Source: Longivirga aurantiaca (lineage in GTDB: Bacteria; Actinomycetota; Actinomycetes; S36-B12; CAIYMF01). From it: DNA of 32,000 nucleotides. Shown here piece after piece: positions 19,269 to 28,083 of the stretch. Made by a program: the position numbers and the translations under genes. Under the pieces are notes generated by a model. It did no database searches, had not been told where the DNA came from, and worked only from the letters and a program-made list of their open reading frames with translations. The stretch lies in contig NZ_JBHSTI010000008.1 of NCBI RefSeq assembly GCF_042660085.1, positions 750,001-782,000 on the forward strand, written 5' to 3'. Position 1 is the first letter of the stretch; every line of letters starts with the position of its first letter.

Positions 19269-21860
19269 GTGAGAGCAATCCGACGGTTCACCGTCCGCAC
19301 AGTCCTGCCCGAAGCCCTCGAGCCGCTGGCCGCCGTCGCGGCCAACCTGCGGTGGTCGTGGAGCCCGGAGACCCAGGACCTCTTCGCCCGCATCGACCCC
19401 ACCCTCTGGGACGAGGTCGGCCATGACCCGGTACGCCTGCTCGGCGAGGTTCCCGCCTCCCGCTGGGCGGAGCTCGCCACCGACGAGGACTTCGTCGGGC
19501 ACGTGGGCTGGGTCGCCGACGGTCTCCAGACCTACCTGACCGGCGACCGCTGGTACCAGTCGCTCGGCGCGGACGCGCCGAAGGCGATCGCGTACTTCTC
19601 GCCGGAGTTCGGCATCACCGAGGTGCTGCCGCAGTACTCCGGCGGCCTGGGCATCCTCGCCGGCGACCACCTGAAGTCGGCGTCCGACCTCGGTGTGCCG
19701 ATCATCGGCGTCGGCCTGTTCTACCGGGCGGGCTACTTCCGCCAGTCGCTCTCGCTCGACGGCTGGCAGCAGGAGCAGTACCCCGTGCTCGACCCCGACG
19801 GCCTGCCGCTGTCGCTGCTGCGCGAGGCCGACGGGTCGCCCGTCGTCATCAAGATCGGCATCCCCGGAGGCCGCACCCTGCACGCGCACGTGTGGAAGGC
19901 CGACGTCGGCCGCGTGCCGATGCTCATGCTCGACTCCGACGTCGAGGAGAACGACCGCGCCGAGCGCGAGGTCACCGACCGCCTGTACGGCGGCGGCGGC
20001 GAGCACCGGCTCCAGCAGGAGCTGCTGCTCGGCGTCGGCGGCGTCCGTGCGCTCCGCGCGTACGCCCGCATCACCGGCGCCCCCGAGCCCGAGGTGTTCC
20101 ACACCAACGAGGGCCACGCCGGCTTCCTCGGCCTCGAGCGCATCCGTGAGCTCGTGCAGGCGCAGGGCCTCACCTTCGACGAGGCGCTGTCGGCAGCGCG
20201 TGCCGGCACGGTCTTCACCACGCACACCCCGGTGCCCGCGGGCATCGACCGCTTCGCCCGCACGCTGGTCGAGCAGTACTTCGGCGGGGACAACGCAGCG
20301 CCGGGCGTGCCCGTCGACCGCGTGCTCGCGCTCGGTGCCGAGGACTACGAGGGCGGCGACCCGACGGTCTTCAACATGGCCGTCATGGGCCTGCGCCTCG
20401 GCCAGCGCGCCAACGGCGTCTCGGTGCTGCACGGCGAGGTGAGCCGTGGCATGTTCTCCGGCCTCTGGCCGGGCTTCGACGAGGACGAGGTGCCGATCGG
20501 CTCGATCACCAACGGCGTGCACGCCCCGACGTGGGTGGCGCGCGAGGTGCGCGACCTGCTCGCGGCGATCGTCGGCCCCGAGGACGCCGAGGAGAGCCGC
20601 GGCTGGGAGGCGGCGACGCAGATCCCCGCCGCCGACCTCTGGTCGACCAAGCGCGTGCTGCGCGAGCGGCTCGTGCAGGACGTCCGCCGTCGCCTGCGCG
20701 CCTCGTGGGTGCAGCGCGGCGCGTCGGACGCCGAGCTCGGCTGGATCGACGACGTGCTCGACCCCGACGTGCTCACGATCGGCTTCGCCCGCCGTGTGCC
20801 GTCGTACAAGCGGCTCACGCTGATGCTGCGCGACCCCGCGCGTCTGAAGGCCCTGCTCCTGCACCCGGACCGCCCGGTGCAGCTGATCATCGCCGGCAAG
20901 TCGCACCCCGCGGACGACGGCGGCAAGAAGCTGATCCAGAAGCTCGTGCACTTCGCCGACGACCCCGAGGTCCGCCACCGCATCGTGTTCCTGCCCGACT
21001 ACGACATCGGCATGGCGCGCCTGCTCTACCCGGGCTGCGACGTCTGGCTCAACAACCCGCTGCGCCCGCTCGAGGCCTGCGGCACGTCGGGCATGAAGGC
21101 GGCGCTCAACGGCGGCCTCAACCTGTCGATCCTCGACGGGTGGTGGGACGAGTGGTACGACGGTGAGAACGGCTGGGCCATCCCGACGGCCGACGGCGTC
21201 GTCGACGCCGACCGCCGTGACGACCTCGAGGCTTCCGCGCTCTACGACCTCGTGGAGAAGTCGGTCGCGTCGCGCTACTACGACCTCGACGCCTCGGGCC
21301 TGCCGATGCGCTGGATCACCATGCTCCAGCACACGCTCTCGACGCTGGGCCCGAAGGTCCTCGCCTCGCGCATGGTGCGCGACTACGTCAACAAGCTCTA
21401 CGCGCCGGCCGCCGTGTCGTCGCGCGAGGTGCTCGCCGGCAACGCGGCGCTCGCCAAGGACCTCGCGACGTACGAGGCCAAGGTGCGCAAGGCGTGGAGC
21501 GGCGTCCGCGTGGAGCACGTCGAGGCCTCGGGCGTCGGCGACTCCCCGGAGCGCGGCACCCAGCTCACCGTGCGCGCGTACGTCGCACTCGGCGACCTCA
21601 CGGGCGGCGACGTCGTGGTCGAGCTCGTGAGCGGCCGTGTCGACCACAACGACCGGATCGTCGAGTCGCGGCACACCGCGCTCGTCCCGGTCGAGGCGTA
21701 CGAGGCCAACCGGTGGCGCTACGAGATCAAGCTGGCGCTCGAGGACACCGGCCCGTTCGGCTACACCGTCCGCGTCCTGCCGACCCACGCCGGTCTGACG
21801 AACCCGTCCGAGCTCGGCCTGCAGGCCGTGCCCACCGTGGCGGCCGCCGAGTCCGCCTGA
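19269..21860 (+). CDS. glgP: Alpha-glucan (glycogen/maltodextrin) phosphorylase GlgP
   Basis: The N-terminus (V)RAIRRFTVRTVLPE, LRWSWSPETQDLF, YSGGLGILAGDHLKSASDLGVP and the PLP-site region EACGTSGMKAALNG parallel mycobacterial GlgP. I prefer GTG 19269 over the track start at 19260, based on alignment to MKALRRFTVR-type N-termini and TATCGT plus 7 nt upstream. Confidence 0.95.
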   Translation: MRAIRRFTVRTVLPEALEPLAAVAANLRWSWSPETQDLFARIDPTLWDEVGHDPVRLLGEVPASRWAELATDEDFVGHVGWVADGLQTYLTGDRWYQSLGADAPKAIAYFSPEFGITEVLPQYSGGLGILAGDHLKSASDLGVPIIGVGLFYRAGYFRQSLSLDGWQQEQYPVLDPDGLPLSLLREADGSPVVIKIGIPGGRTLHAHVWKADVGRVPMLMLDSDVEENDRAEREVTDRLYGGGGEHRLQQELLLGVGGVRALRAYARITGAPEPEVFHTNEGHAGFLGLERIRELVQAQGLTFDEALSAARAGTVFTTHTPVPAGIDRFARTLVEQYFGGDNAAPGVPVDRVLALGAEDYEGGDPTVFNMAVMGLRLGQRANGVSVLHGEVSRGMFSGLWPGFDEDEVPIGSITNGVHAPTWVAREVRDLLAAIVGPEDAEESRGWEAATQIPAADLWSTKRVLRERLVQDVRRRLRASWVQRGASDAELGWIDDVLDPDVLTIGFARRVPSYKRLTLMLRDPARLKALLLHPDRPVQLIIAGKSHPADDGGKKLIQKLVHFADDPEVRHRIVFLPDYDIGMARLLYPGCDVWLNNPLRPLEACGTSGMKAALNGGLNLSILDGWWDEWYDGENGWAIPTADGVVDADRRDDLEASALYDLVEKSVASRYYDLDASGLPMRWITMLQHTLSTLGPKVLASRMVRDYVNKLYAPAAVSSREVLAGNAALAKDLATYEAKVRKAWSGVRVEHVEASGVGDSPERGTQLTVRAYVALGDLTGGDVVVELVSGRVDHNDRIVESRHTALVPVEAYEANRWRYEIKLALEDTGPFGYTVRVLPTHAGLTNPSELGLQAVPTVAAAESA

Positions 21861-21891
21861 TCCACCCGCACTGCCCGTTCAGCAAGCACGA

Positions 21892-21927
21892 CGACGGCGC
21901 CGCCCCCGCGAGGGAGCGGCGCCGTCG
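21892..21927. terminator. Hairpin terminator between convergent glgP and the DUF1851-like gene
   Basis: CGACGGCGCCGC (21892-21903) pairs with GCGGCGCCGTCG (21916-21927), giving a 12-bp stem and a 12-nt loop. Confidence 0.55.
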
Positions 21928-21943
21928 CCGTTGCACGCGGAGG

Positions 21944-22405
21944 TCAGTCGTGGAGCTGGAGGCTCGCGACGTGGGCGCCCGGCGGCAGGTCCTTCACCTG
22001 CTCGTGGATCTGGCCGAGCAGATTGACCGAGACGATGAAGTCGAGCAGCTCGATGTTGGCCGGCTCCATCTCGCCGCCGAGCACCGGCGGACGGGTGAAC
22101 GAGTAGACCTCGTCCTCGCCCGGTACGACGCCCGCCGCCTCAGCGGCCTCCGCCAGGCCGACCAGGAGGTACTGCTCCTGGCCCGTGACGGTGTTGAGCT
22201 CGGCGTGGCAGGCCTCGGCGGTGTCCCAGCGACGCGTCAGCGTGCCCTCGAGCGTGTCGAGGAACCACCAGCCGTCGACGCCCTCGAGGAACACGTCGCC
22301 GAACGGCGAGCAGAAGCGCGGCTCCTTGCCGAACAGGTCGGTCCACGCCCAGGACTCCAGCGCACGGGCGTAGGCCTCGGGGCTGAATCGACGGATGACG
22401 TCCAT
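21944..22405 (-). CDS. Tdi1/DUF1851-like (putative immunity-type) small protein
   Basis: 153 aa from MDVIRRFSPEAY to LPPGAHVASLQLHD. GDVFL..WWFLDTLEGTL and the C-terminal EVYSFTRPPVLGGEMEPANIELLDFIVSVNLLGQIHEQV resemble, from memory, the DUF1851 / Tdi1 C-terminal pattern. The gene call is solid (GC3, SD GGAG). The family assignment is tentative. Confidence 0.6.
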   Translation of the reverse strand: MDVIRRFSPEAYARALESWAWTDLFGKEPRFCSPFGDVFLEGVDGWWFLDTLEGTLTRRWDTAEACHAELNTVTGQEQYLLVGLAEAAEAAGVVPGEDEVYSFTRPPVLGGEMEPANIELLDFIVSVNLLGQIHEQVKDLPPGAHVASLQLHD

Positions 22406-22449
22406 GGCCCCATCAAACTCCGGTGCCGCGGCGGATGCACGGGGACCGA

Positions 22450-24597
22450 CTAGGTGGTCTCGACCCGGAAGAGCGCGACCGAGCGCGGCGCCACCCGGAC
22501 GGTCGAACCGGTCCTGTCGGTCTTGGTGGCCGTTGTCGGGCGCTTGTCGTCGGTGTCGAGCAGGCGTCGGTAGGAGTCGCCGTACGGCGTGCGCGGGAGC
22601 ACCAGCGGCACCTCCTCGTCGCCGCGGTTGAGCACCACGAGGAACGCGGAGTCGCGCAGCGGGTGGCCGTCGACGTCGCGCTCGCCGAGCTCTCCGTTGA
22701 GCGCCATCACGAGGCAGTCGGTGCCGGGGGAGTTCCAGTCGGCGTCGGTCATGGCGGTGCCGTCGGGGCGCAGCCACTCGAGGTCCTTCGGCTGCCCCTC
22801 GGCCACCGGGCGGCCGTCGAAGAAGTTCGTCTGCCGCAGCGTGGGGTGGTGCCGGCGGGCGTTCAGCGTGACGCGCGTCCACTCGAGCAGGTCGACCTGC
22901 CACGGCTCGAGGTTCCAGTCGATCCAGGAGATCTCGTTGTCCTGGTTGTAGGCGTTGTTGTTGCCGCCCTGGGTGCGGCCCATCTCGTCGCCGGCGACGA
23001 TCATCGGCGTGCCGGCCGAGAGCAGCAGCGTGGCCATCATCGCGCGGCCGGTGCGCAGGCGCGCGAGGTTGACCTCGCGGTCGGCGGTCGGTCCCTCGAC
23101 GCCGTGGTTCCACGACGAGTTGTTGTCGGTGCCGTCGCGGTTGTCCTCGCCGTTGGCCTCGTTGTGCTTCTGGTCGTACGACACGAGGTCGCGCATGGTG
23201 AAGCCGTCGTGGGCGGTGAGGAAGTTGAGCGAGGCGGACGGCGTACGGCCGGAGAACACGTCCTGCGAGCCGGTGAGCCGCCACCCGAGGTCGGCGGGCG
23301 CCTCCTTCGCGGAGGGCCCTCCGCGCCAGAACCGGCGTACGTCGTCGCGGTAGGCGTCGTTCCACTCGGCCCAGGGGGATCCGAACTGGCCGAGGCGGTA
23401 TCCGCCGGGGCCGAGGTCCCAGGGCTCGGAGATGAGCTTGACCTGGCGCAGGATCGGGTCCTGGTGGACGGCGGCGAGGAAGGGCGACCGCTCGTCGAAG
23501 TCCATGCGCTCGCGGGTGAGCGCGGTGGCGAGGTCGAACCGGAACCCGTCGACGTGCATCTCGGTGACCCAGTAGCGCAGCGAGTCCATCACCAGGCGCA
23601 GGACGTCGAGGTCGCCGACGTCGAGCGTGTTGCCGCACCCGGTGGTGTCGACGTAGTGGCCGCTGTGCGGCGCGAGCTTGTAGAAGTCGCGCTCGCCGAG
23701 CCCGCGGAACGACAGCGACGGGCCGTCGGGGCCGCCCTCGCACGTGTGGTTGTAGACGACGTCGAGGATGACCTCGATGCCTGCGGCGTGCAGCTCGCGG
23801 ACCATGTACTTGAACTCGCCGACCTGCGCCCCGGGGCTCTTGTCGGCGGAGTACGCCGCGTGCGGCGCGAAGAAGCCGAGCGTGGAGTAGCCCCAGTAGT
23901 TCCGGGTGCCGCGCGCGGCGAGCGCCGGCTCGGCCACCGAGTGGTGCACGGGCAGCAGCTCGACGGCGGTGACACCCAGCGACGTGAGGTGCTCGATCGC
24001 CGCCGGGTGCGCGAGCCCGGCGTACGTGCCCTGGATGTTCCCGGGGATGAGCGGGTGCCGCTTGGTGTAGCCCTTCACGTGCATCTCGTAGACGACGGTC
24101 TCGCCCCACGGGGTCGCGGGCGGCTCGTCGCCGCGCCAGTCGAAGCCGTCGCTGACGACGACGCCGCGCGGCACGTACGGCGCGGAGTCGCGCGGGTCGG
24201 GCTTGGACGCATCGGTGGGCAGCCCCGGGCGCGGCACGTCGGCCGACGTGACATCGCCGGTGATCGCGCGGGCGTACGGGTCGACGAGCAGCTTGGCCGG
24301 GTTGAAGCGCAGGCCGTGGTCGGGCACCCAGGGGCCGTGCGCCCGGAGGCCGTACTGCGTCCCGAGCTCGATCCCCGGGAGGAACGCGTGGTGGACGCCG
24401 TGGCTGCGCGCCTCGAGCGGCACGCGCACCTCCTCGTCGCCGAGGAAGAGGCAGGCCTCCACGAGCTCGGCCGACGGGGCGCGGACGGCGAGGTTGAGGC
24501 CCTCGGGGGTCCAGGTGGCGCCCAGGGGGGTGGGCAGGCCGGGAGGCCGCACGACCGTCGGGGACGGCAGCTCGTGCGAGGACGCGTCCGTGGACAC
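22450..24597 (-). CDS. glgX: Glycogen debranching enzyme GlgX (GH13 isoamylase type)
   Basis: 715 aa. Blocks PLGATWTPEGLNLAV, VVYEMHVKGYT, YWGYSTLGFFAPH, IEVILDVVYNHT, DGFRFDLA, KLISEPWD, NFLTAHDGFT are present. Confidence 0.95.
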   Translation of the reverse strand: MSTDASSHELPSPTVVRPPGLPTPLGATWTPEGLNLAVRAPSAELVEACLFLGDEEVRVPLEARSHGVHHAFLPGIELGTQYGLRAHGPWVPDHGLRFNPAKLLVDPYARAITGDVTSADVPRPGLPTDASKPDPRDSAPYVPRGVVVSDGFDWRGDEPPATPWGETVVYEMHVKGYTKRHPLIPGNIQGTYAGLAHPAAIEHLTSLGVTAVELLPVHHSVAEPALAARGTRNYWGYSTLGFFAPHAAYSADKSPGAQVGEFKYMVRELHAAGIEVILDVVYNHTCEGGPDGPSLSFRGLGERDFYKLAPHSGHYVDTTGCGNTLDVGDLDVLRLVMDSLRYWVTEMHVDGFRFDLATALTRERMDFDERSPFLAAVHQDPILRQVKLISEPWDLGPGGYRLGQFGSPWAEWNDAYRDDVRRFWRGGPSAKEAPADLGWRLTGSQDVFSGRTPSASLNFLTAHDGFTMRDLVSYDQKHNEANGEDNRDGTDNNSSWNHGVEGPTADREVNLARLRTGRAMMATLLLSAGTPMIVAGDEMGRTQGGNNNAYNQDNEISWIDWNLEPWQVDLLEWTRVTLNARRHHPTLRQTNFFDGRPVAEGQPKDLEWLRPDGTAMTDADWNSPGTDCLVMALNGELGERDVDGHPLRDSAFLVVLNRGDEEVPLVLPRTPYGDSYRRLLDTDDKRPTTATKTDRTGSTVRVAPRSVALFRVETT

Positions 24598-24622
24598 GCG
24601 GGGACCCCCTGGGGCCGCTGGG

Positions 24623-24636
24623 CCGCCGTACGGCGG
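24623..24636. promoter_or_regulatory. Perfect 14-bp palindrome CCGCCGTACGGCGG upstream of glgX
   Basis: The sequence is self-complementary. It lies 26-39 nt upstream of the glgX GTG (24597, minus strand) in the 175-bp glgX/enoyl-CoA-hydratase divergent region. Confidence 0.3.
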
Positions 24637-24772
24637 GGCCGCGTGCGCGCGGCCGGGGACAGTCTGCCCGACCGTCCCGGGGTCGCGCGGGGAGGCCCGT
24701 GGCTAGGCTCGCGACGTCGGCGGCGCGGGTGCCGCGGCGGCCGCGCGGCGGCCGGAGCGCAAGGAGGACGAC

Positions 24773-25552
24773 GTGGGCGAGCTCGTGCACCTCGAGGTGG
24801 CGGACGGCGTCGGCACGATCCGGCTCGACCGCCCGCCCATGAACGCCCTCTCCCGGCAGGTGCAGGAGGAGATCCGAGCGGCCGCGCTCGAGGCCACCGA
24901 GCGTGCCGAGGTCCGCGCCGTGGTCGTGTACGGCGGCCCGAAGGTGTTCGCCGCCGGTGCCGACGTCAAGGAGATGGCGGGCTGGTCGTACCAGCAGATG
25001 GTCGACAACTCCGTCGGGCTCGGCTCGTCGTTCACCGCCGTGGCCGCCATCCCGAAGCCGACGATCGCGGCGATCACCGGCTACGCCCTCGGCGGCGGCT
25101 GCGAGCTCGCGCTGTGCTGCGACCTGCGTATCGCCGGCGACAACGCCAGGCTCGGGCAGCCGGAGATCCTGCTCGGCATCATCCCGGGAGCCGGCGGCAC
25201 GCAGCGCCTCACGCGCCTCGTCGGCCCGTCCCGCGCGAAGGACCTGATCTTCACCGGCCGCTTCGTCGACGCCGCGGAGGCGCTCGCGATCGGTCTCGTC
25301 GACCGCGTCGTCGCGCCCGACGACGTGTACGCCGAGGCCCTCGCGCTCGCAGCCAAGCTGGCCGCGGGTGCGCCGTACGCCCTGCGCGCGGCGAAGGAGG
25401 CCATCGACCGCGGGCTCGAGGTCGACCTCGCGACCGGGCTGGAGATCGAGCGGCTGCAGTTCACCGGGCTGTTCGCCACCGAGGACCGCTCGATCGGCAT
25501 GGCGTCCTTCATCGAGAACGGCCCCGGCAAGGCCGTCTGGTCCGGCCGCTGA
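24773..25552 (+). CDS. Enoyl-CoA hydratase/isomerase (crotonase) family protein
   Basis: 259 aa. Motifs RPPMNAL, VFAAGADVKEM, GYALGGGCELALCCDLRIA, PEILLGIIPGAGGTQRL are present. SD AAGGAGG lies 5 nt upstream of the GTG. Confidence 0.9.
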   Translation: MGELVHLEVADGVGTIRLDRPPMNALSRQVQEEIRAAALEATERAEVRAVVVYGGPKVFAAGADVKEMAGWSYQQMVDNSVGLGSSFTAVAAIPKPTIAAITGYALGGGCELALCCDLRIAGDNARLGQPEILLGIIPGAGGTQRLTRLVGPSRAKDLIFTGRFVDAAEALAIGLVDRVVAPDDVYAEALALAAKLAAGAPYALRAAKEAIDRGLEVDLATGLEIERLQFTGLFATEDRSIGMASFIENGPGKAVWSGR

Positions 25553-25635
25553 CCGTCTCGTTCCTCGAGCGTCCTTCGGGTTGACGGCGGAGGACAGCGG
25601 CGTCAGGCGGTTCGACGGACGGTGTACGGCCGACA

Positions 25636-25641
25636 TAGCCT
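25636..25641 (+). promoter_or_regulatory. -10-like TAGCCT placed 6 nt upstream of the methyltransferase ATG (leaderless-type promoter)
   Basis: The geometry is TTCGAC (25611-25616), a 19-nt spacer, TAGCCT, 6 nt, then ATG 25648. No SD is present. Confidence 0.35.
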
Positions 25642-25647
25642 CGGCGC

Positions 25648-26646
25648 ATGAGCGACCCGTCCGTCGACGTCCCTGTCGAGACCGACGCGCCCGTGCCGGG
25701 TGCCGCGGCCACGCGCGAGCAGGTCGAGGCGGCGTTCCACGACCCGAAGCTCGCGAACGTGCTGTATCACGACTGGGAAGCGGCGACGTACGACGAGAAG
25801 TGGTCGATCTCGTACGACGAGCGCTGCATCGCGTACGCCCGCGAGCGGTTCGCGCACGTGGCGGGCACCGACGGCTGGCCGTACGGCTCTGCGCTCGAGC
25901 TCGGCTGCGGCACCGGCTTCTTCCTGCTCAACCTCAAGCAGGCCGGCGTGCTCGACGAGGGCCACGTGACCGACCTGTCGCCCGGCATGGTGAAGGTCGC
26001 GGTGCGCAACGCCGAGTCGCTCGGCTTCACCGTCGAGGGACGCGTGGCCGACGCCGAGTCGCTGCCGTACGACGACGACACGTTCGACCTCGTCGTGGGG
26101 CATGCCGTGCTGCACCACATCCCCGACCTCGACCTCGCGATGCGCGAGGTGATGCGCGTCCTGAAGCCCGGTGGCCGGTTCGTGTTCGCGGGCGAGCCGA
26201 CCGAGAAGGGCGACTGGGTCGCGCGGCGGCTCTCGCGCCTCACCTGGTGGGCCGCGAAGAAGGTCACGCGCCTGCCGCCGCTGCAGCAGAAGTGGGCGCG
26301 GCCGGTCGCCGAGCTCGAGGAGTCCTCCCGTGCGGCGGCGCTCGAGTCGGTCGTCGACATCCACACGTTCGACCCCGACCGCCTCGCGGCCCTCGCGCTC
26401 CGGGCCGGCGCGATCGACGTACGCACCGTCACCGAGGAGCTCACAGCATCCTGGTTCGGCTGGCCGGTGCGCACGTTCGAGGCTGCGGTGAAGCCCGGAG
26501 CCCTCGGCTGGAACTGGGCGATGTTCGCCTACCAGGGCTGGCTGCGGCTGTCGTGGCTCGACGAGAACGTGATGAGCAAGGTCGTCCCAGACGAGCTCTT
26601 CTACAACGTCTGCATCACCGGCACCAAGCCCGCCGTGAATGCCTAG
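25648..26646 (+). CDS. Class I SAM-dependent methyltransferase with a C-terminal extension
   Basis: 332 aa. Motif I is ALELGCGTGFFLLNL and the post-I acidic residue is in VTDLSPGM. Motif II/III is FDLVVGHAVLHHIPD and LKPGGRFVFAGEP. A C-terminal domain of about 130 aa has unknown function. Confidence 0.9.
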   Translation: MSDPSVDVPVETDAPVPGAAATREQVEAAFHDPKLANVLYHDWEAATYDEKWSISYDERCIAYARERFAHVAGTDGWPYGSALELGCGTGFFLLNLKQAGVLDEGHVTDLSPGMVKVAVRNAESLGFTVEGRVADAESLPYDDDTFDLVVGHAVLHHIPDLDLAMREVMRVLKPGGRFVFAGEPTEKGDWVARRLSRLTWWAAKKVTRLPPLQQKWARPVAELEESSRAAALESVVDIHTFDPDRLAALALRAGAIDVRTVTEELTASWFGWPVRTFEAAVKPGALGWNWAMFAYQGWLRLSWLDENVMSKVVPDELFYNVCITGTKPAVNA

Positions 26647-26689
26647 TTTGTTGCGCTCTGAGCAACGAGGGCCCCCTTCATCGCGAAGG

Positions 26690-27232
26690 TCAGGCGGAGA
26701 GGGTGCGCAGGGTGGGGCCGGTGAGCGGGAGCACCGTCTGCACGAGGCCGTCCTCGCCCTGGTGGAACTGCGGGTGCAGGGCGCCCGAGCGCAGGCGCCG
26801 CATGAGCGCGTGCGCGCCGGTCGAGGTCTGCAGCGAGTAGGTCACCACGCGGTCGATGCCCCAGGCGTCGGCCACGTCGAGCGCAGCCTCGGCCAGGGCG
26901 AGGCCGACGCCGTACCGCTGCCACGCGTCCTCCACCAGCAGCGCCAGCTCGACGGGCTGGCCCTGGTGGTCGGCGAGGTGCCCGAGCCCGACCACCTCGT
27001 GGCCCACCTCGGCCACCAGCGCGAGCCGTGTCTCGAGCAGCCGTGCCTGCAGCGTGGGGGAGATCGCGGGTACGGCGCTGAAGTACCGACGGAACACCGT
27101 GTCCGTCGAGCACCGGTGGTGCATCCGTTCGACCGCGGCGAGGTCGCCGGGTCGGGCGGTGCGCACCACGACAGGCCCACGGGCAGTCATCAGCTCGCGC
27201 GGGAGCAGGCGGCCGAGCTCGTCGGTGTCCAT
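26690..27232 (-). CDS. GNAT family N-acetyltransferase
   Basis: 180 aa. The acetyl-CoA motif A is LLVEDAWQRYGVGLALAEAALDVADAWGIDRV. The preceding block RPGDLAAVERMHHRCSTDTVFRRYFS is reminiscent of Pat-type GNAT domains. Confidence 0.85.
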   Translation of the reverse strand: MDTDELGRLLPRELMTARGPVVVRTARPGDLAAVERMHHRCSTDTVFRRYFSAVPAISPTLQARLLETRLALVAEVGHEVVGLGHLADHQGQPVELALLVEDAWQRYGVGLALAEAALDVADAWGIDRVVTYSLQTSTGAHALMRRLRSGALHPQFHQGEDGLVQTVLPLTGPTLRTLSA

Positions 27233-27270
27233 GCCCCCACGGTGACCCCTGCGGGTTACGCCGCCGTGTC

Positions 27271-28083
27271 ATGGACGCGTCCTGCAGGTTGCCCCGTTCG
27301 TACGTCGCCGAGCACCCGACGTACGCTGCGCACGTGATCCTGGAGGCCGTCGGCGCAGTGGCGCGACGCGTGCGCGGCCTGCCGCCGCGCGACGCGCGCC
27401 AGGCGAAGTTCGTCACGCTCGACTCGCTCCGGTGGTGCTGGCGCAACCGCGCGTTCGACCGGTGGTACCTCACCCGCTACTGGCGGCTCATGTGGCTGCG
27501 CCTGCTCCACCCGGACGTCGTCACCGAGGGCATGGTGTTCATCGGCAAGCGCGTCGAGCTCTTCGCCCGCACCGGCTACGCGCGGCTCATCCTCGGCCGC
27601 TGGGTGCACGTCGGCGACGAGAACCGGCTGCGCGCGCACGAGGGCACGCTGCGCGTCGGCGACAAGTGCGTCTTCGGCCGCGACAACACCATCAACTGCT
27701 ACCTCGACGTCGAGTTCGGGCAGGGCACGATCGTGGCCGACTGGGTCTACATCTGCGACTTCGACCACGTGTACGACGACATCCATGTGCCCATCAAGGA
27801 CCAGGGCATCGTGAAGTCGCCCGTGCGGATCGGGCCCGACTGCTGGATCGGCGCGAAGGTCACCGTCCTGCGCGGCTCGACCGTGGGCCACGGCTGCGTG
27901 CTGGCTGCGCACACCGTCGTCCGCGGCGACGTGCCGCCGATGGCGATCGTCGGCGGAGTTCCGGGCAAGGTCCTCAAGGACCGCGTCGAGGTGTACGAGG
28001 CGAAGGCCGCCACGCGGGCCGCCCTCGAGGACATCGCGCGCAAGACCGCCCGCGCCGCAGGCACCCTCAAGGAGCCTGCGTGA
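27271..28083 (+). CDS. Left-handed beta-helix (hexapeptide repeat) acyl/acetyltransferase
   Basis: The C-terminal half IGPDCWIGAKVTVLRGSTVGHGCVLAAHTVVRGDVPPMAIVGGVPGKVL shows hexapeptide repeats. The start is uncertain: there is no SD and only 38 bp to the divergent GNAT. Confidence 0.8.
   Translation: MDASCRLPRSYVAEHPTYAAHVILEAVGAVARRVRGLPPRDARQAKFVTLDSLRWCWRNRAFDRWYLTRYWRLMWLRLLHPDVVTEGMVFIGKRVELFARTGYARLILGRWVHVGDENRLRAHEGTLRVGDKCVFGRDNTINCYLDVEFGQGTIVADWVYICDFDHVYDDIHVPIKDQGIVKSPVRIGPDCWIGAKVTVLRGSTVGHGCVLAAHTVVRGDVPPMAIVGGVPGKVLKDRVEVYEAKAATRAALEDIARKTARAAGTLKEPA

Noticed and set aside
21944-25636. 1230-aa minus-strand ORF spanning the DUF1851-like gene, glgX and the crotonase antisense
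   Set aside because: Only the last 153 codons (from ATG 22405) look coding. Upstream it runs out of frame through glgX (true frame 22450-24597) and gives low-complexity Arg/Pro sequence.
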